From contig OZ024743.1 of NCBI GenBank assembly GCA_964016885.1, forward strand, positions 321,160,001 through 321,224,000: a stretch of 64,000 nt of DNA, written 5' to 3'. This document shows, in pieces, positions 32,829-47,800 of this stretch (positions are counted from its first letter, which is position 1; each line of letters starts with the position of its first letter). This DNA comes from Eledone cirrhosa (Eukaryota). The notes below the pieces were generated by a model. The model was given only the letters and a program-made list of their open reading frames with translations. It did no database searches and was not told the origin of the DNA. The translations under genes were made by a program, and so were the position numbers.

Positions 32829-35800
32829 ATGTCTTAGTTAGTACCCAAGGCAGGGAATTGACAGGGATATCTTATTTGGTATCCAAGGCAGGGAATTGAC
32901 AGGGATATCTTATTTAGTACCCAAGGCAGGGAATTGGCAGGGATATCATATTTAGTACCCAAGGCAGGGAATTGACAGGGATATCTTATTTAGTACCCAA
33001 GGCAGGGAATTGACAGGGATATCTTATTTAGTACCCAAGGCAGGGAATTGGCAGGGATGTCTTATTTAGTACCCAAGGCAGGGAATTGGCAGGGATATCA
33101 TATTTAGTACCCAAGGCAGGGAATTGGCAGGGATATCTTATTTAGTACCCAAGGCAGGGAATTGACAGGGATATCTTATTTAGTACCCAAGGCAGGGAAT
33201 TGGCAGGGATATCTTATTTAGTACCCAAGGCAGGGAATTGACAGGGATATCTTATTTAGTACCCAAGGCAGGGAATTGGCAGGGATATCTTATTTAGTAC
33301 CCAAGGCAGGGAATTGACAGGGATATCTTATTTAGTACCCAAGGCAGGGAATTGGCAGGGATGTCTTATTTAGTACCCAAGGCAGGGAATTGGCAGGGAT
33401 GTCATATTTAGTACCCAAGGCAGGGAATTGGCAGGGATGTCTTATTTAGTACCCAAGGCAGGGAATTGGCAGGGATGTCTTATTTAGTACCCAAGGCAGG
33501 GAATTGGCAGGGATGTCTTATTTAGTACCCAAGGCAGGGAATTGGCAGGGATGTCTTATTTAGTACCCAAGGCAGGGAATTGGCAGGGATGTCTTATTTA
33601 GTACCCAAGGCAGGGAATTGGCAGGGATGTCTTATTTAGTACCCAAGGCAGGGAATTGGCAGGGATGTCTTATTTAGTACCCAAGGCAGGGAATTGGCAG
33701 GGATGTCTTATTTAGTACCCAAGGCAGGGAATTGGCAGGGATGTCTTATTTAGTACCCAAGGCAGGGAATTGGCAGGGATATCTTATTTAGTACCCAAGG
33801 CAGGGAATTGGCAGGGATGTCTTATTTAGTACCCAAGGCAGGGATGTCTTATTTAGTACCCAAGGCCGGGAATTGGCAGGGATATCTTATTTAGTACCCA
33901 AGGCAGGGATGTCTTATTTAGTACCCAAGGCAGGGAATTGGCAGGGATGTCTTATTTAGTACCCAAGGCAGGGAATTGGCAGGGATGTCTTATTTAGTAC
34001 CCAAGGCCGGGAATTGGCAGTGATATCTTATTTAGTACCCAAGGCAGGGATGTCTTATTTAGTACCCAAGGCAGGGAATTGGCAGGGATGTCTTATTTAG
34101 TACCCAAGGCAGGGAATTGGCAGGGATGTCTTATTTAGTACCCAAGGCAGGGAATTGGCAGGGATGTCTTATTTAGTACCCAAGGCCGACAATTGGCAGT
34201 AATATCTTATTTAGTACCCAAGGCAGGGATGTCTTATTTAGTACCCAAGGCAGGGGATTGGCAGGGATGTCTTATTTAGTACCCGAGGCAGGGAATTGGC
34301 AGGGATGTCTTATTTAGTACCCAAGGCCGGGAATTGGCAGGGATATCTTATTTAGTACCCAAGGCAGGGAATTGGCAGGGATGTCTTATTTAGTACCCAA
34401 GGCAGGGAATTGGCAGGGATGTCTTATTTTGTACCCAAGGCAGGGAATTGGCAGGGATATCTTATTTAGTACCCAAGGCAGGGAATTGGCAGGGATGTCT
34501 TATTTGGTACCCATGGCAGGGAATTGGCAGGGATGTCTTATTTTGTACCCAAGGCAGGGAATTGGCAGGGATATCTTATTTAGTACCCAAGGCAGGGATG
34601 TCTTATTTAGTACCCAAGGCAGGGAATTGGCAGGGATGTCTTATTTAGTACCCAAGGCAGGGAATTGGCAGGGATGTCTTATTTAGTACCCAAGGCCGGG
34701 AATTGGCAGTGATATCTTATTTAGTACCCAAGGCAGGGATGTCTTATTTAGTACCCAAGGCAGGGAATTGGCAGGGATGTCTTATTTAGTACCCAAGGCA
34801 GGGAATTGGCAGGGATGTCTTATTTAGTACCCAAGGCCGGGAATTGGCAGTGATATCTTATTTAGTACCCAAGGCAGGGATGTCTTATTTAGTACCCAAG
34901 GCAGGGGATTGGCAGGGATGTCTTATTTAGTACCCGAGGCAGGGAATTGGCAGGGATGTCTTATTTAGTACCCAAGGCCGGGAATTGGCAGGGATATCTT
35001 ATTTAGTACCCAAGGCAGGGAATTGGCAGGGATGTCTTATTTAGTACCCAAGGCAGGGAATTGGCAGGGATGTCTTATTTTGTACCCAAGGCAGGGAATT
35101 GGCAGGGATATCTTATTTAGTACCCAAGGCAGGGAATTGGCAGGGATGTCTTATTTGGTACCCAAGGCAGGGAATTGGCAGGGATGTCTTATTTTGTACC
35201 CAAGGCAGGGAATTGGCAGGGATATCTTATTTAGTACCCAAGGCAGGCAATTGGCAGGGATGTCATATTTAGTACCCAAGGCAGGGAATTGGCAGGGGTG
35301 TCTTATTTGGTACCCAAGCCAGGGAATTGGCAGGGATATCTTACTTAGTACCCAAGGCAGGGAATTGGCAGGGATATCTTATTTAGTACCCAAGGCAGGG
35401 AATTGGCAGGGATGTCTTATTTAGTACCCAAGGCAGGGAATTGGCAGGGATGTCTTATTTAGTACCCAAGGCAGGGAATTGGCAGGGATGTCTTATTTAG
35501 TACCCAAGGCAGGGAATTGGCAGGGATGTCTTATTTAGTACCCAAGGCCGGGAATTGGCAGGGATATCTTATTTAGTACCCAAGGCAGGGAATTGGCAGG
35601 GATGTCTTATTTAGTACCCAAGGCAGGGAATTGGCAGGGATGTCTTATTTGGTACCCAAGGCAGGGAATTGGCAGGGATGTCTTATTTTGTAACCAAGGC
35701 AGGGAATTGGCAGGGATATCTAATTTAGTACCCAAGGCAGGGAATTGGCAGGGATGTCATATTTAGTACCCAAGGCAGGGAATTGGCAGGGGTGTCTTAT

Positions 35801-38800
35801 TTGGTACCCAAGCCAGGGAATTGGCAGGGATATCTTACTTAGTACCCAAGGCAGGGAATTGGCAGGGATGTCTTATTTAGTACCCAAGGCAGGGAATTGG
35901 CAGGGATATCTTATTTAGTACCCAAGGCAGGGAATTGGCAGGGATGTCTTATTTAGTACCCAAGGCAGGGAATTGGCAGGGATGTCTTATTTAGTACCCA
36001 AGGCAGGGAATTGGCAGGGATATCTTATTTAGTACCCAAGGCAGGGAATTGGCAGGGATATCTTACTTAGTACCCAAGGCAGGGAATTGGCAGGGATGTC
36101 TTATTTAGTACCCAAGGCAGGGAATTGGCAGGGATATCTTATTTAGTACCCAAGGCAGGGAATTGGCAGGGATATCTTACTTAGTACCCAAGGCAGGGAA
36201 TTGGCAGGGATGTCTTATTTAGTACCCAAGGCAGGGAATTGGCAGGGATATCTTATTTAGTACCCAAGGCAGGGAATTGGCAGGGATGTCTTATTTAGTA
36301 CCCAAGGCAGGGAATTGGCAGGGATGTCTTATTTAGTACTCAATACAGGGAATTGGCAGGGATGTCTTATTTAGTACCCAAGGCAGGGAATTGGCAGGGA
36401 TGTCTTATTTAGTACTCAAGGCAGGGAATTGGCAGGGATGTCTTATTTAGTACCCAAGGCAGGGAATTGGCAGGGATGTCTTATTTAGTACCCAAGGCAG
36501 GGAATTGGCAGGGATGTCTTATTTAGTACCCAAGGCAGGGAATTGGCAGGGATGTCTTATTTAGTACCCAAGGCAGGGAATTGGCAGGGATGTCTTATTT
36601 AGTACCCAAGGCAGGGAATTGGCAGGGATGTCTTATTTAGTACCCAAGGCCGGGAATTGGCAGGGATATCTTATTTAGTACCCAAGGCAGGGAATTGGCA
36701 GGGATGTCTTATTTAGTACCCAAGGCAGGGATGTCTTATTTAGTACCCAAGGCCGGGAATTGGCAGGGATATCTTATTTAGTACCCAAGGCAGGGATGTC
36801 TTATTTAGTACCCAAGGCAGGGAATTGGCAGGGATGTCTTATTTAGTACCCAAGGCAGGGAATTGGCAGGGATGTCTTATTTAGTACCCAAGGCCGGGAA
36901 TTGGCAGTGATATCTTATTTAGTACCCAAGGCAGGGATGTCTTATTTAGTACCCAAGGCAGGGAATTGGCAGGGATGTCTTATTTAGTACCCAAGGCAGG
37001 GAATTGGCAGGGATGTCTTATTTAGTACCCAAGGCCGGGAATTGGCAGTAATATCTTATTTAGTACCCAAGGCAGGGATGTCTTATTTAGTACCCAAGGC
37101 AGGGGATTGGCAGGGATGTCTTATTTAGTACCCGAGGCAGGGAATTGGCAGGGATATCTTATTTAGTACCCAAGGCCGGGAATTGGCAGGGATATCTTAT
37201 TTAGTACCCAAGGCAGGGAATTGGCAGGGATGTCTTATTTAGTACCCAAGGCAGGGAATTGGCAGGGATGTCTTATTTTGTACCCAAGGCAGGGAATTGG
37301 CAGGGATATCTTATTTAGTACCCAAGGCAGGGAATTGGCAGGGATGTCTTATTTGGTACCCAAGGCAGGGAATTGGCAGGGATGTCTTATTTTGTACCCA
37401 AGGCAGGGAATTGGCAGGGATATCTTATTTAGTACCCAAGGCAGGGATGTCTTATTTAGTACCCAAGGCAGGGAATTGGCAGGGATGTCTTATTTAGTAC
37501 CCAAGGCAGGGAATTGGCAGGGATGTCTTATTTAGTACCCAAGGCCGGGAATTGGCAGTGATATCTTATTTAGTACCCAAGGCAGGGATGTCTTATTTAG
37601 TACCCAAGGCAGGGAATTGGCAGGGATGTCTTATTTAGTACCCAAGGCAGGGAATTGGCAGGGATGTCTTATTTAGTACCCAAGGCCGGGAATTGGCAGT
37701 GATATCTTATTTAGTACCCAAGGCAGGGATGTCTTATTTAGTACCCAAGGCAGGGGATTGGCAGGGATGTCTTATTTAGTACCCGAGGCAGGGAATTGGC
37801 AAGGATGTCTTATTTAGTACCCAAGGCCGGGAATTGGCAGGGATATCTTATTTAGTACCCAAGGCAGGGAATTGGCAGGGATGTCTTATTTAGTACCCAA
37901 GGCAGGGAATTGGCAGGGATGTCTTATTTTGTACCCAAGGCAGGGAATTGGCAGGGATATCTTATTTAGTACCCAAGGCAGGGAATTGGCAGGGATGTCT
38001 TATTTGGTACCCAAGGCAGGGAATTGGCAGGGATGTCTTATTTTGTACCCAAGGCAGGGAATTGGCAGGGATATCTTATTTAGTACCCAAGGCAGGCAAT
38101 TGGCAGGGATGTCATATTTAGTACCCAAGGCAGGAAATTGGCAGGGGTGTCTTATTTGGTACCCAAGCCAGGGAATTGGCAGGGATATCTTACTTAGTAC
38201 CCAAGGCAGGGAATTGGCAGGGATATCTTATTTAGTACCCAAGGCAGGGAATTGGCAGGGATGTCTTATTTAGTACCCAAGGCAGGGAATTGGCAGGGAT
38301 GTCTTATTTGGTACCCAAGGCAGGGAATTGGCAGGGATGTCTTATTTTGTACCCAAGGCAGGGAATTGGCAGGGATATCTTATTTAGTACCCAAGGCAGG
38401 CAATTGGCAGGGATGTCATATTTAGTACCCAAGGCAGGAAATTGGCAGGGGTGTCTTATTTGGTACCCAAGCCAGGGAATTGGCAGGGATATTTACTTAG
38501 TACCCAAGGCAGGGAATTGGCAGGGATATCTTATTTAGTACCCAAGGCAGGGAATTGGCAGGGATGTCTTATTTAGTACCCAAGGCAGGGAATTGGCAGG
38601 GATGTCTTATTTAGTACCCAAGGCAGGGAATTGGCAGGGATGTCTTATTTAGTACCCAAGGCAGGGAATTGGCAGGGATGTCTTATTTAGTACCCAAGGC
38701 CGGGAATTGGCAGGGATATCTTATTTAGTACCCAAGGCAGGGAATTGGCAGGGATGTCTTATTTAGTAGCCAAGGCAGGGAATTGGCAGGGATGTCTTAT

Positions 38801-41800
38801 TTGGTACCCAAGGCAGGGAATTGGCAGGGATGTCTTATTTTGTAACCAAGGCAGGGAATTGGCAGGGATATCTAATTTAGTACCCAAGGCAGGGAATTGG
38901 CAGGGATGTCATATTTAGTACCCAAGGCAGGGAATTGGCAGGGGTGTCTTATTTGGTACCCAAGCCAGGGAATTGGCAGGGATATCTTACTTAGTACCCA
39001 AGGCAGGGAATTGGCAGGGATGTCTTATTTAGTACCCAAGGCAGGGAATTGGCAGGGATATCTTATTTAGTACCCAAGGCAGGGAATTGGCAGGGATGTC
39101 TTATTTAGTACCCAAGGCAGGGAATTGGCAGGGATGTCTTATTTAGTACCCAAGGCAGGAAATTGGCAGGGATATCTTATTTAGTACCCAAGGCAGGGAA
39201 TTGGCAGGGATATCTTACTTAGTACCCAAGGCAGGGAATTGGCAGGGATGTCTTATTTAGTACCCAAGGCAGGGAATTGGCAGGGATATCTTATTTAGTA
39301 CCCAAGGCAGGGAATTGGCAGGGATATCTTACTTAGTACCCAAGGCAGGGAATTGGCAGGGATGTCTTATTTAGTACCCAAGGCAGGGAATTGGCAGGGA
39401 TATCTTATTTAGTACCCAAGGCAGGGAATTGGCAGGGATGTCTTATTTAGTACCCAAGGCAGGGAATTGGCAGGGATGTCTTATTTAGTACTCAATACAG
39501 GGAATTGGCAGGGATGTCTTATTTAGTACCCAAGGCAGGGAATTGGCAGGGATGTCTTATTTAGTACTCAAGGCAGGGAATTGGCAGGGATGTCTTATTT
39601 AGTACCCAAGGCAGGGAATTGGCAGGGATGTCTTATTTAGTACCCAAGGCAGGGAATTGGCAGGGATGTCTTATTTTGTAACCAAGGCAGGGAATTGGCA
39701 GGGATATCTAATTTAGTACCCAAGGCAGGGAATTGGCAGGGATGTCATATTTAGTACCCAAGGCAGGGAATTGGCAGGGGTGTCTTATTTGGTACCCAAG
39801 CCAGGGAATTGGCAGGGATATCTTACTTAGTACCCAAGGCAGGAAATTGGCAGGGATGTCTTATTTAGTACCCAAGGCAGGGAATTGGCAGGGATATCTT
39901 ATTTAGTACCCAAGGCAGGGAATTGGCAGGGATGTCTTATTTAGTACCCAAGGCAGGGAATTGGCAGGGATGTCTTATTTAGTACCCAAGGCAGGAAATT
40001 GGCAGGGATATCTTATTTAGTACCCAAGGCAGGGAATTGGCAGGGATATCTTACTTAGTACCCAAGGCAGGGAATTGGCAGGGATGTCTTATTTAGTACC
40101 CAAGGCAGGGAATTGGCAGGGATATCTTATTTAGTACCCAAGGCAGGGAATTGGCAGGGATATCTTACTTAGTACCCAAGGCAGGGAATTGGCAGGGATG
40201 TCTTATTTAGTACCCAAGGCAGGGAATTGGCAGGGATATCTTATTTAGTACCCAAGGCAGGGAATTGGCAGGGATGTCTTATTTAGTACCCAAGGCAGGG
40301 AATTGGCAGGGATGTCTTATTTAGTACTCAATACAGGGAATTGGCAGGGATGTCTTATTTAGTACCTAAGGCAGGGAATTGGCAGGGATGTCTTATTTAG
40401 TACTCAAGGCAGGGAATTGGCAGGGATGTCTTATTTAGTACCCAAGGCAGGGAATTGGCAGGGATGTCTTATTTAGTACCCAAGGCCGGGAATTGGCAGG
40501 GATATCTTATTTAGTACCCAAGGCAGGGAATTGGCAGGGATGTCTTATTTAGTACCCAAGGCAGGGAATTGGCAGGGATGTCTTATTTAGTACCCAAGGC
40601 AGGGAATTGGCAGGGATGTCTTATTTGGTACCCAAGACAGGGAATTGGCAGGGATGTCTTATTTAGTACCCAAGGCAGGGAATTGGCAGGGATGTCTTAT
40701 TTAGTACCCAAGGTAGGGAATTGACAGGGATATCTTATTTAGTACCCAAGACAGGGAATTGGCAGAGATGTCTTATTTACTACCCAAGGCAGGGAATTGG
40801 CAGGGATGTCTTATTTAGTACCCAAGGCAGGGAAATGACAGGGATATCTTATTTAGTACCCAAGGCAGGGAATTGGTAGGGATGTCTTATTTAGTACCCA
40901 AGGCAGGGAATTGGCAGGGATGTCTTATTTGGTACCCAAGGCAGGGAATTGGCAGGGATGTCTTATTTAGTACCCAAGGCAGGGAATTGGCAGGGATGTC
41001 TTATTTAGTACCCAAGGCAGGGAATTGGCAGGGATGTCTTATTTAGTACCCAAGGCAGGGAATTGGCAGGGATGTCTTATTTGGTACCCAAGGCAGGGAA
41101 TTGGCAGGGATATCTTATTTGGTACCCAAGGCAGGGAATTGACAGGGATGTCTTATTTCGTAGACAAGGCAGGGAATTGGCAGGGATGTCTTATTTAGTA
41201 CCCAAGGCAGGGAATTGGCAGGGATGTCTTATTTAGTACCCAAGGCAGGGAATTGACAGGGATGACTTATTTAGTACCCAAGGCCGGGAATTGGCAGGGA
41301 TATCTTATTTAGTACCCAAGGCAGGGAATAGGCAGGGATGTCTTATTTAGTACCCAAGGCAGGGAATTGGCAGGGATGTCTTATTTAGTACCCAAGGCAG
41401 GGAATTGGCAGGGATGTCTTAATTGGTACCCAAGGCAGGGAATTGGCAGGGATGTCTTATTTAGTACCCAAGGCAGGGAATTGGCAGGGATATCTTATTT
41501 AGTACCCAAGGCAGGGAATTGGCAGGGATGTCTTATTTAGTACCCAAGCAGGGAATTGGCAGGGATGTCTTATTTAGTACCCAAGGCAGGGAATTGACAG
41601 GGATGTCTTATTTAGTACCCAAGGCAGGGAATTGGCAGGGATGTCTTATTTAGTACCCAAGGCAGGGAATTGGCAGGGATGTCTTATTTAGTACCCAAGG
41701 CAGGGAATTGGCAGGGATGTCTTATTTAGTACCCAAGGCAGGGAATTGGTAGGGATGTCTTATTTAGTACCCAAGGCAGGGAATTGTCAGGGATGTCTTA

Positions 41801-44800
41801 TTTAGTACCCAAGCAGGGAATTGGCAGGTATGTCTTATTTAGTACCCAAGCAGGGAATTGGCAGGGATATATTATTTAGTATCCAAGGCAGGGAATTGGC
41901 AGGGCTGTCTTATTTAGTACCCAAGGCAGGGAATTGGCAGGGATGTCTTATTTTGTACCCAAGGCATGGAATTGGCAGGGATATCTTATTTAGTACCCAA
42001 GGCAGGGAATTGGCAGGGATGTCTTATTTAGTACCCAAGGCAGGGAATTGGCAGGGATGTCTTATTTAGTACCCAAGGCCGGGAATTGGCAGTGATATCT
42101 TATTTAGTACCCAAGGCAGGGAATTGGCAGGGATGTCTTATTTAGTACCCAAGGCAGGGAATTGGCAGGGATGTCTTATTTAGTACCCAAGGCAGGGAAT
42201 TGGCAGGGATGTCTTATTTAGTACCCAAGGCAGGGAATTGGCAGTGATATCTTATTTAGTAACCAAGGCAGGGATGTCTTATTTAGTACCCAAGGCAGGG
42301 AATTGGCAGGGATGTCTTATTTAGTACCCAAGGCAGGGAATTGGCAGGGATGTCTTATTTAGTACCCAAGGCAGGGAATTGGCAGTGATATCTTATTTAG
42401 TACCCAAGGCCGGGAATTGGCAGTGATATCTTATTTAGTAACCAAGGCAGGGATGTCTTATTTAGTACCCAAGGCAGGGAATTGGCAGGGATGTCTTATT
42501 TAGTACCCAAGGCAGGGAATTGGCAGGGATGTCTTATTTAGTACCCAAGGCCGGGAATTGGCAGTGATATCTTATTTAGTACCCAAGGCAGGGATGTCTT
42601 ATTTAGTACCCAAGGCAGGGAATTGGCAGGGATGTCTTATTTAGTACCAGAGGCAGGGAATTGGCAGGGATGTCTTATTTAGTACCCAAGGCCGGGAATT
42701 GGCAGGGATATCTTATTTAGTACCCAAGGCAGGGAATTGGCAGGGATGTCTTATTTAGTACCCAAGGCAGGGAATTGGCAGGAATGTCTTATTTTGTACC
42801 CAAGGCAGGGAATTGGCAGGGATATCTTATTTAGTACCCAAGGCAGGGAATTGGCAGGGATGTCTTATTTGGTACCCAAGGCAGGGAATTGGCAGGGATG
42901 TCTTATTTTGTACCCAAGGCAGGGAATTGGCAGGGATATCTTATTTAGTACCCAAGGCAGGGAATTGGCAGGGATGTCATATTTAGTACCCAAGGCAGGG
43001 AATTGGCAGGGGTGTCTTATTTGGTACCCAAGGCAGGGAAGTGGCAGGTATATATTATTTAGTACCCAAGGCAGGGAATTGGCAGGGATGTCTTATTTGG
43101 TACCCAAGACAGGGAATTGGCAGGGATGTCTTATTTAGTACCCAAGGCAGGGAATTGGCAGGGATGTCTTATTTAGTACCCAAGGCAGGGAATTGGCAGG
43201 GATGTCTTATTTGGTACCCAAGGCAGGGAATTGGCAGGGATGTCTTATTTGGTACCCAAGACAGGGAATTGGCAGGGATGTCTTATTTAGTACTCAATAC
43301 AGGAAATTGGCAGGGATGTCTTATTTGGTACCCAAGTCAGGGAATTGGCAGGGATGTCTTATTTAGTACTCAATACAGGGAATTTGCAGGGATGTCTTAT
43401 TTAGTACCCAAGGCAGGGAATTGGCAGGGATATCTTATTTAGTACCCAAGGCAGGGATTTGGCATGATGTCTTATTTAGTACCCAAGGCAGGGTATTGGC
43501 AGGGATGTCTTATTTAGTACCCAAGGCAGGGAATTGGCAGGGATGTCTTATTTAGTACCCAAGGCAGGGAATTGGCAGTGATGTTTTATTTAGTACCCAA
43601 GGCAGGGAATTGGCAGGGATATCTTATTTAGTACCCAAGGCAGGGAATTGTCAGGGATATCTTATTTAGTACCCAAGGCAGGGAATTGGCAGTGATGTCT
43701 TATTTAGTACCCAAGGCAGGGAATTGGCAGGGATATCTTATTTAGTACCCAAGGCAGGGAATTGCCAGGGATGTCTTATTTAGTACCCAAGGCAGGGAAT
43801 TGGCAGGGATGTCTTATTTAGTACCCAAGGCAGGGAATTGGCAGGGATGTCTTATTTAGTACCCAAGGCAGGGAATTGGCAGTGATATCTTATTTAGTAC
43901 CCAAGGCCGGGAATTGGCAGTGATATCTTATTTAGTAACCAAGGCAGGGATGTCTTATTTAGTACCCAAGGCAGGGAATTGGCAGGGATGTCTTATTTAG
44001 TACCCAAGACAGGGAATTGGCAGGGATGTCTTATTTAGTACCCAAGGCCGGGAATTGGCAGTGATATCTTATTTAGTACCCAAGGCAGGGATGTCTTATT
44101 TAGTACCCAAGGCAGGGAATTGGCAGGGATGTCTTATTTAGTACCCGAGGCAGGGAATTGGCAGGGATGTCTTATTTAGTACCCAAGGCCGGGAATTGGC
44201 AGGGATATCTTATTTAGTACCCAAGGCAGGGAATTGACAGGGATGTCTTATTTAGTACCCAAGGCAGGGAATTGGCAGGAATGTCTTATTTTGTACCCAA
44301 GGCAGGGAATTGGCAGGGATATCTTATTTAGTACCCTAGGCAGGGAATTGGCAGGGATGTCTTATTTGGTACCCAAGGCAGGGAATTGGCAGGGATGTCT
44401 TATTTTGTACCCAAGGCAGGGAATTGGCAGGGATATCTTATTTAGTACCCAAGGCAGGGAATTGGCAGGGATGTCATATTTAGTACCCAAGGCAGGGAAT
44501 TGGCAGGGGTGTCTTATTTGGTACCCAAGCCAGGGAATTGGCAGGGATATCTTACTTAGAACCCAAGGCAGGGAATTGGCAGGGATGTCTTATTTGGTAC
44601 CCAAGGCAGGGAATTGGCAGGGATGTCTTTTTTGGTACCCAAGGCAGGGAATTGGCAGGAATGTCTTATTTAGTACCCAAGGCAGGGAATTGGCAGGGAT
44701 GTCTTATATAGTACCCAAGGCAGGGAATTGGCAGGGATGTCTTATTTAGTACCCAAGCAGGGAATTGGCAGGGATGTCTTATTTAGTACCCAAGGCCGGG

Positions 44801-47800
44801 AATTGGCAGGGATATCTTATTTAGTACCCAAGGCAGGGAATTGGCAGGGATGTCTTATTTAGTACCCAAGGCAGGGAATTGGCAGGGATGTCTTATTTGG
44901 TATCCAAGGCAGGGAATTGGCAGGGATGTCTTATTTTGTACCCAAGGCAGGGAAGTGGCAGGTATATATTATTTAGTACCCAAGGCAGGGAATTGGCAGG
45001 GATGTCTTATTTGGTACCCAAGACAGGGAATTGGCAGGGATGTCTTATTTAGTACCCAAGGCAGGGAATTGGCAGGGATGTCTTATTTAGTACCCAAGGC
45101 AGGGAATTGGCAGGGATGTCTTATTTGGTACCCAAGGCAGGGAATTGGCAGGGATGTCTTATTTGGTACCCAAGACAGGGAATTGGCAGGGATGTTTTAT
45201 TTAGTACTCAATACAGGAAATTGGCAGGGATGTCTTATTTGGTACCCAAGTCAGGGAATTGGCAGGGATGTCTTATTTAGTACCCAACCCAGGGAATTGG
45301 CAGGGATATCTTATTTAGTACCCAAGGCAGGGATTTGGCAGTGATGTCTTATTTAGTACCCAAGGCAGGGAATTGGCAGGGATGTCTTATTTAGTACCCA
45401 AGGCAGGGAATTGGCAGGGATGTCTTATTTAGTACCCAAGGCAGGGAATTGGCAGTGATGTCTTATTTAGTACCCAAGGCAGGGAATTGGCAGGGATATC
45501 TTATTTAGTACCCAAGGCAGGGAATTGTCAGGGATATCTTATTTAGTACCCAAGGCAGGGAATTGGCAGTGATGTCTTATTTAGTACCCAAGGCAGGGAA
45601 TTGGCAGGGATATCTTATTTAGTACCCAAGGCAGGGAATTGGCAGGGATGTCTTATTTAGTACCCAAGGCAGGGAATTGGCAGGGATGTCTTATTTAGTA
45701 CCCAAGGCAGGGTATTGGCAGGGATGTCTTATTTAGTACACAAGGCAGGGAATTGGCAGGGATATCTTATTTAGTACCCAAGGCAGGGAATTGGCAGGGA
45801 TGTCTTATTTAGTACCCAAGGCAGGGAATTGGCAGGGATGTCTTATTTAGTACCCAAGGCAGGGAATTAGCAGGCATGTCTTATTTAGTACCCAAGGCAG
45901 GGAATTGGCAGGGATATCTTATTTAGTACCCAAGGCAGGGAATTGGCAGGGATGTCTTATTTAGTACCCAAGGCAGGGAATTGGCAGGGATGTCTTATTT
46001 AGTACTCAATACAGGGAATTGGCAGGGATGTCTTATTTAGTACCCAAGGCAAGGAATTGGCAGGGATGTCTTATTTAGTACCCAAGGCAGGGAATTGGCA
46101 GGGATGTCTTATTTAGTACCCAAGGCCGGGAATTGGCAGGGATATCTTATTTAGTACCCAAGGCAGGGAATTGGCAGGGATGTCTTATTTAGTACCCAAG
46201 GTAGGGAATTGGCAGGGATGTCTTATTTAGTACCCAAGGCAGGGAATTGACAACGATATCTTATTTAGTAGCCAAGGCAGGGAATTGGTAGGGATGTCTT
46301 ATTTAGTACCCAAGGCAGGGAATTGTCAGGGATGTCTTATTTAGTACCCAAGCAGGGAATTGGCAGGTATGTCTTATTTAGTACCCAAGCAGGGAATTGG
46401 CAGGGATATATTATTTAGTATCCAAGGCAGGGAATTGGCAGGGATGTCTTATTTAGTACCCAAGGCAGGGAATTGGCAGGGATGTCTTATTTTGTACCCA
46501 AGGCATGGAATTGGCAGGGATATCTTATTTAGTACCCAAGGCAGGGAATTGGCAGGGATGTCTTATTTAGTACCCAAGGCAGGGAATTGGCAGGGATGTC
46601 TTATTTAGTACCCAAGGCCGGGAATTGGCAGTGATATCTTATTTAGTACCCAAGGCAGGGAATTGGCAGGGATGTCTTATTTAGTACCCAAGGCAGGGAA
46701 TTGGCAGGGATGTCTTATTTAGTACCCAAGGCAGGGAATTGGCAGGGATGTCTTATTTAGTACCCAAGGCAGGGAATTGGCAGTGATATCTTATTTAGTA
46801 ACCAAGGCAGGGATGTCTTATTTAGTACCCAAGGCAGGGAATTGGCAGGGATGTCTTATTTAGTACCCAAGGCAGGGAATTGGCAGGGATGTCTTTTTTA
46901 GTACCCAAGGCAGGGAATTGGCAGTGATATCTTATTTAGTACCCAAGGCCGGGAATTGGCAGTGATATCTTATTTAGTAACCAAGGCAGGGATGTCTTAT
47001 TTAGTACCCAAGGCAGGGAATTGGCAGGGATGTCTTATTTAGTACCCAAGGCAGGGAATTGGCAGGGATGTCTTATTTAGTACCCAAGGCCGGGAATTGG
47101 CAGTGATATCTTATTTAGTACCCAAGGCAGGGATGTCTTATTTAGTACCCAAGGCAGGGAATTGGCAGGGATGTCTTATTTAGTACCAGAGGCAGGGAAT
47201 TGGCAGGGATGTCTTATTTAGTACCCAAGGCCAGGAATTGGCAGGGATATCTTATTTAGTACCCAAGGCAGGGAATTGGCAGGGATGTCTTATTTAGTAC
47301 CCAAGGCAGGGAATTGGCAGGAATGTCTTATTTTGTACCCAAGGCAGGGAATTGGCAGGGATATCTTATTTAGTACCCAAGGCAGGGAATTGGCAGGGAT
47401 GTCTTATTTGGTACCCAAGGCAGGGAATTGGCAGGGATGTCTTATTTTGTACCCAAGGCAGGGAATTGGCAGGGATATCTTATTTAGTACCCAAGGCAGG
47501 GAATTGGCAGGGATGTCATATTTAGTACCCAAGGCAGGGAATTGGCAGGGGTGTCTTATTTGGTACCCAAGGCAGGGAAGTGGCAGGTATATATTATTTA
47601 GTACCCAAGGCAGGGAATTGGCAGGGATGTCTTATTTAGTACCCAAGGCAGGGAATTGGCAGGGATGTCTTATTTAGTACCCAAGGCCGGGAATTGGCAG
47701 TGATATCTTATTTAGTACCCAAGGCAGGGAATTGGCAGGGATGTCTTATTCAGTACCCAAGGCAGGGAATTGGCAGGGATGTCTTATTTAGTACCCAAGG

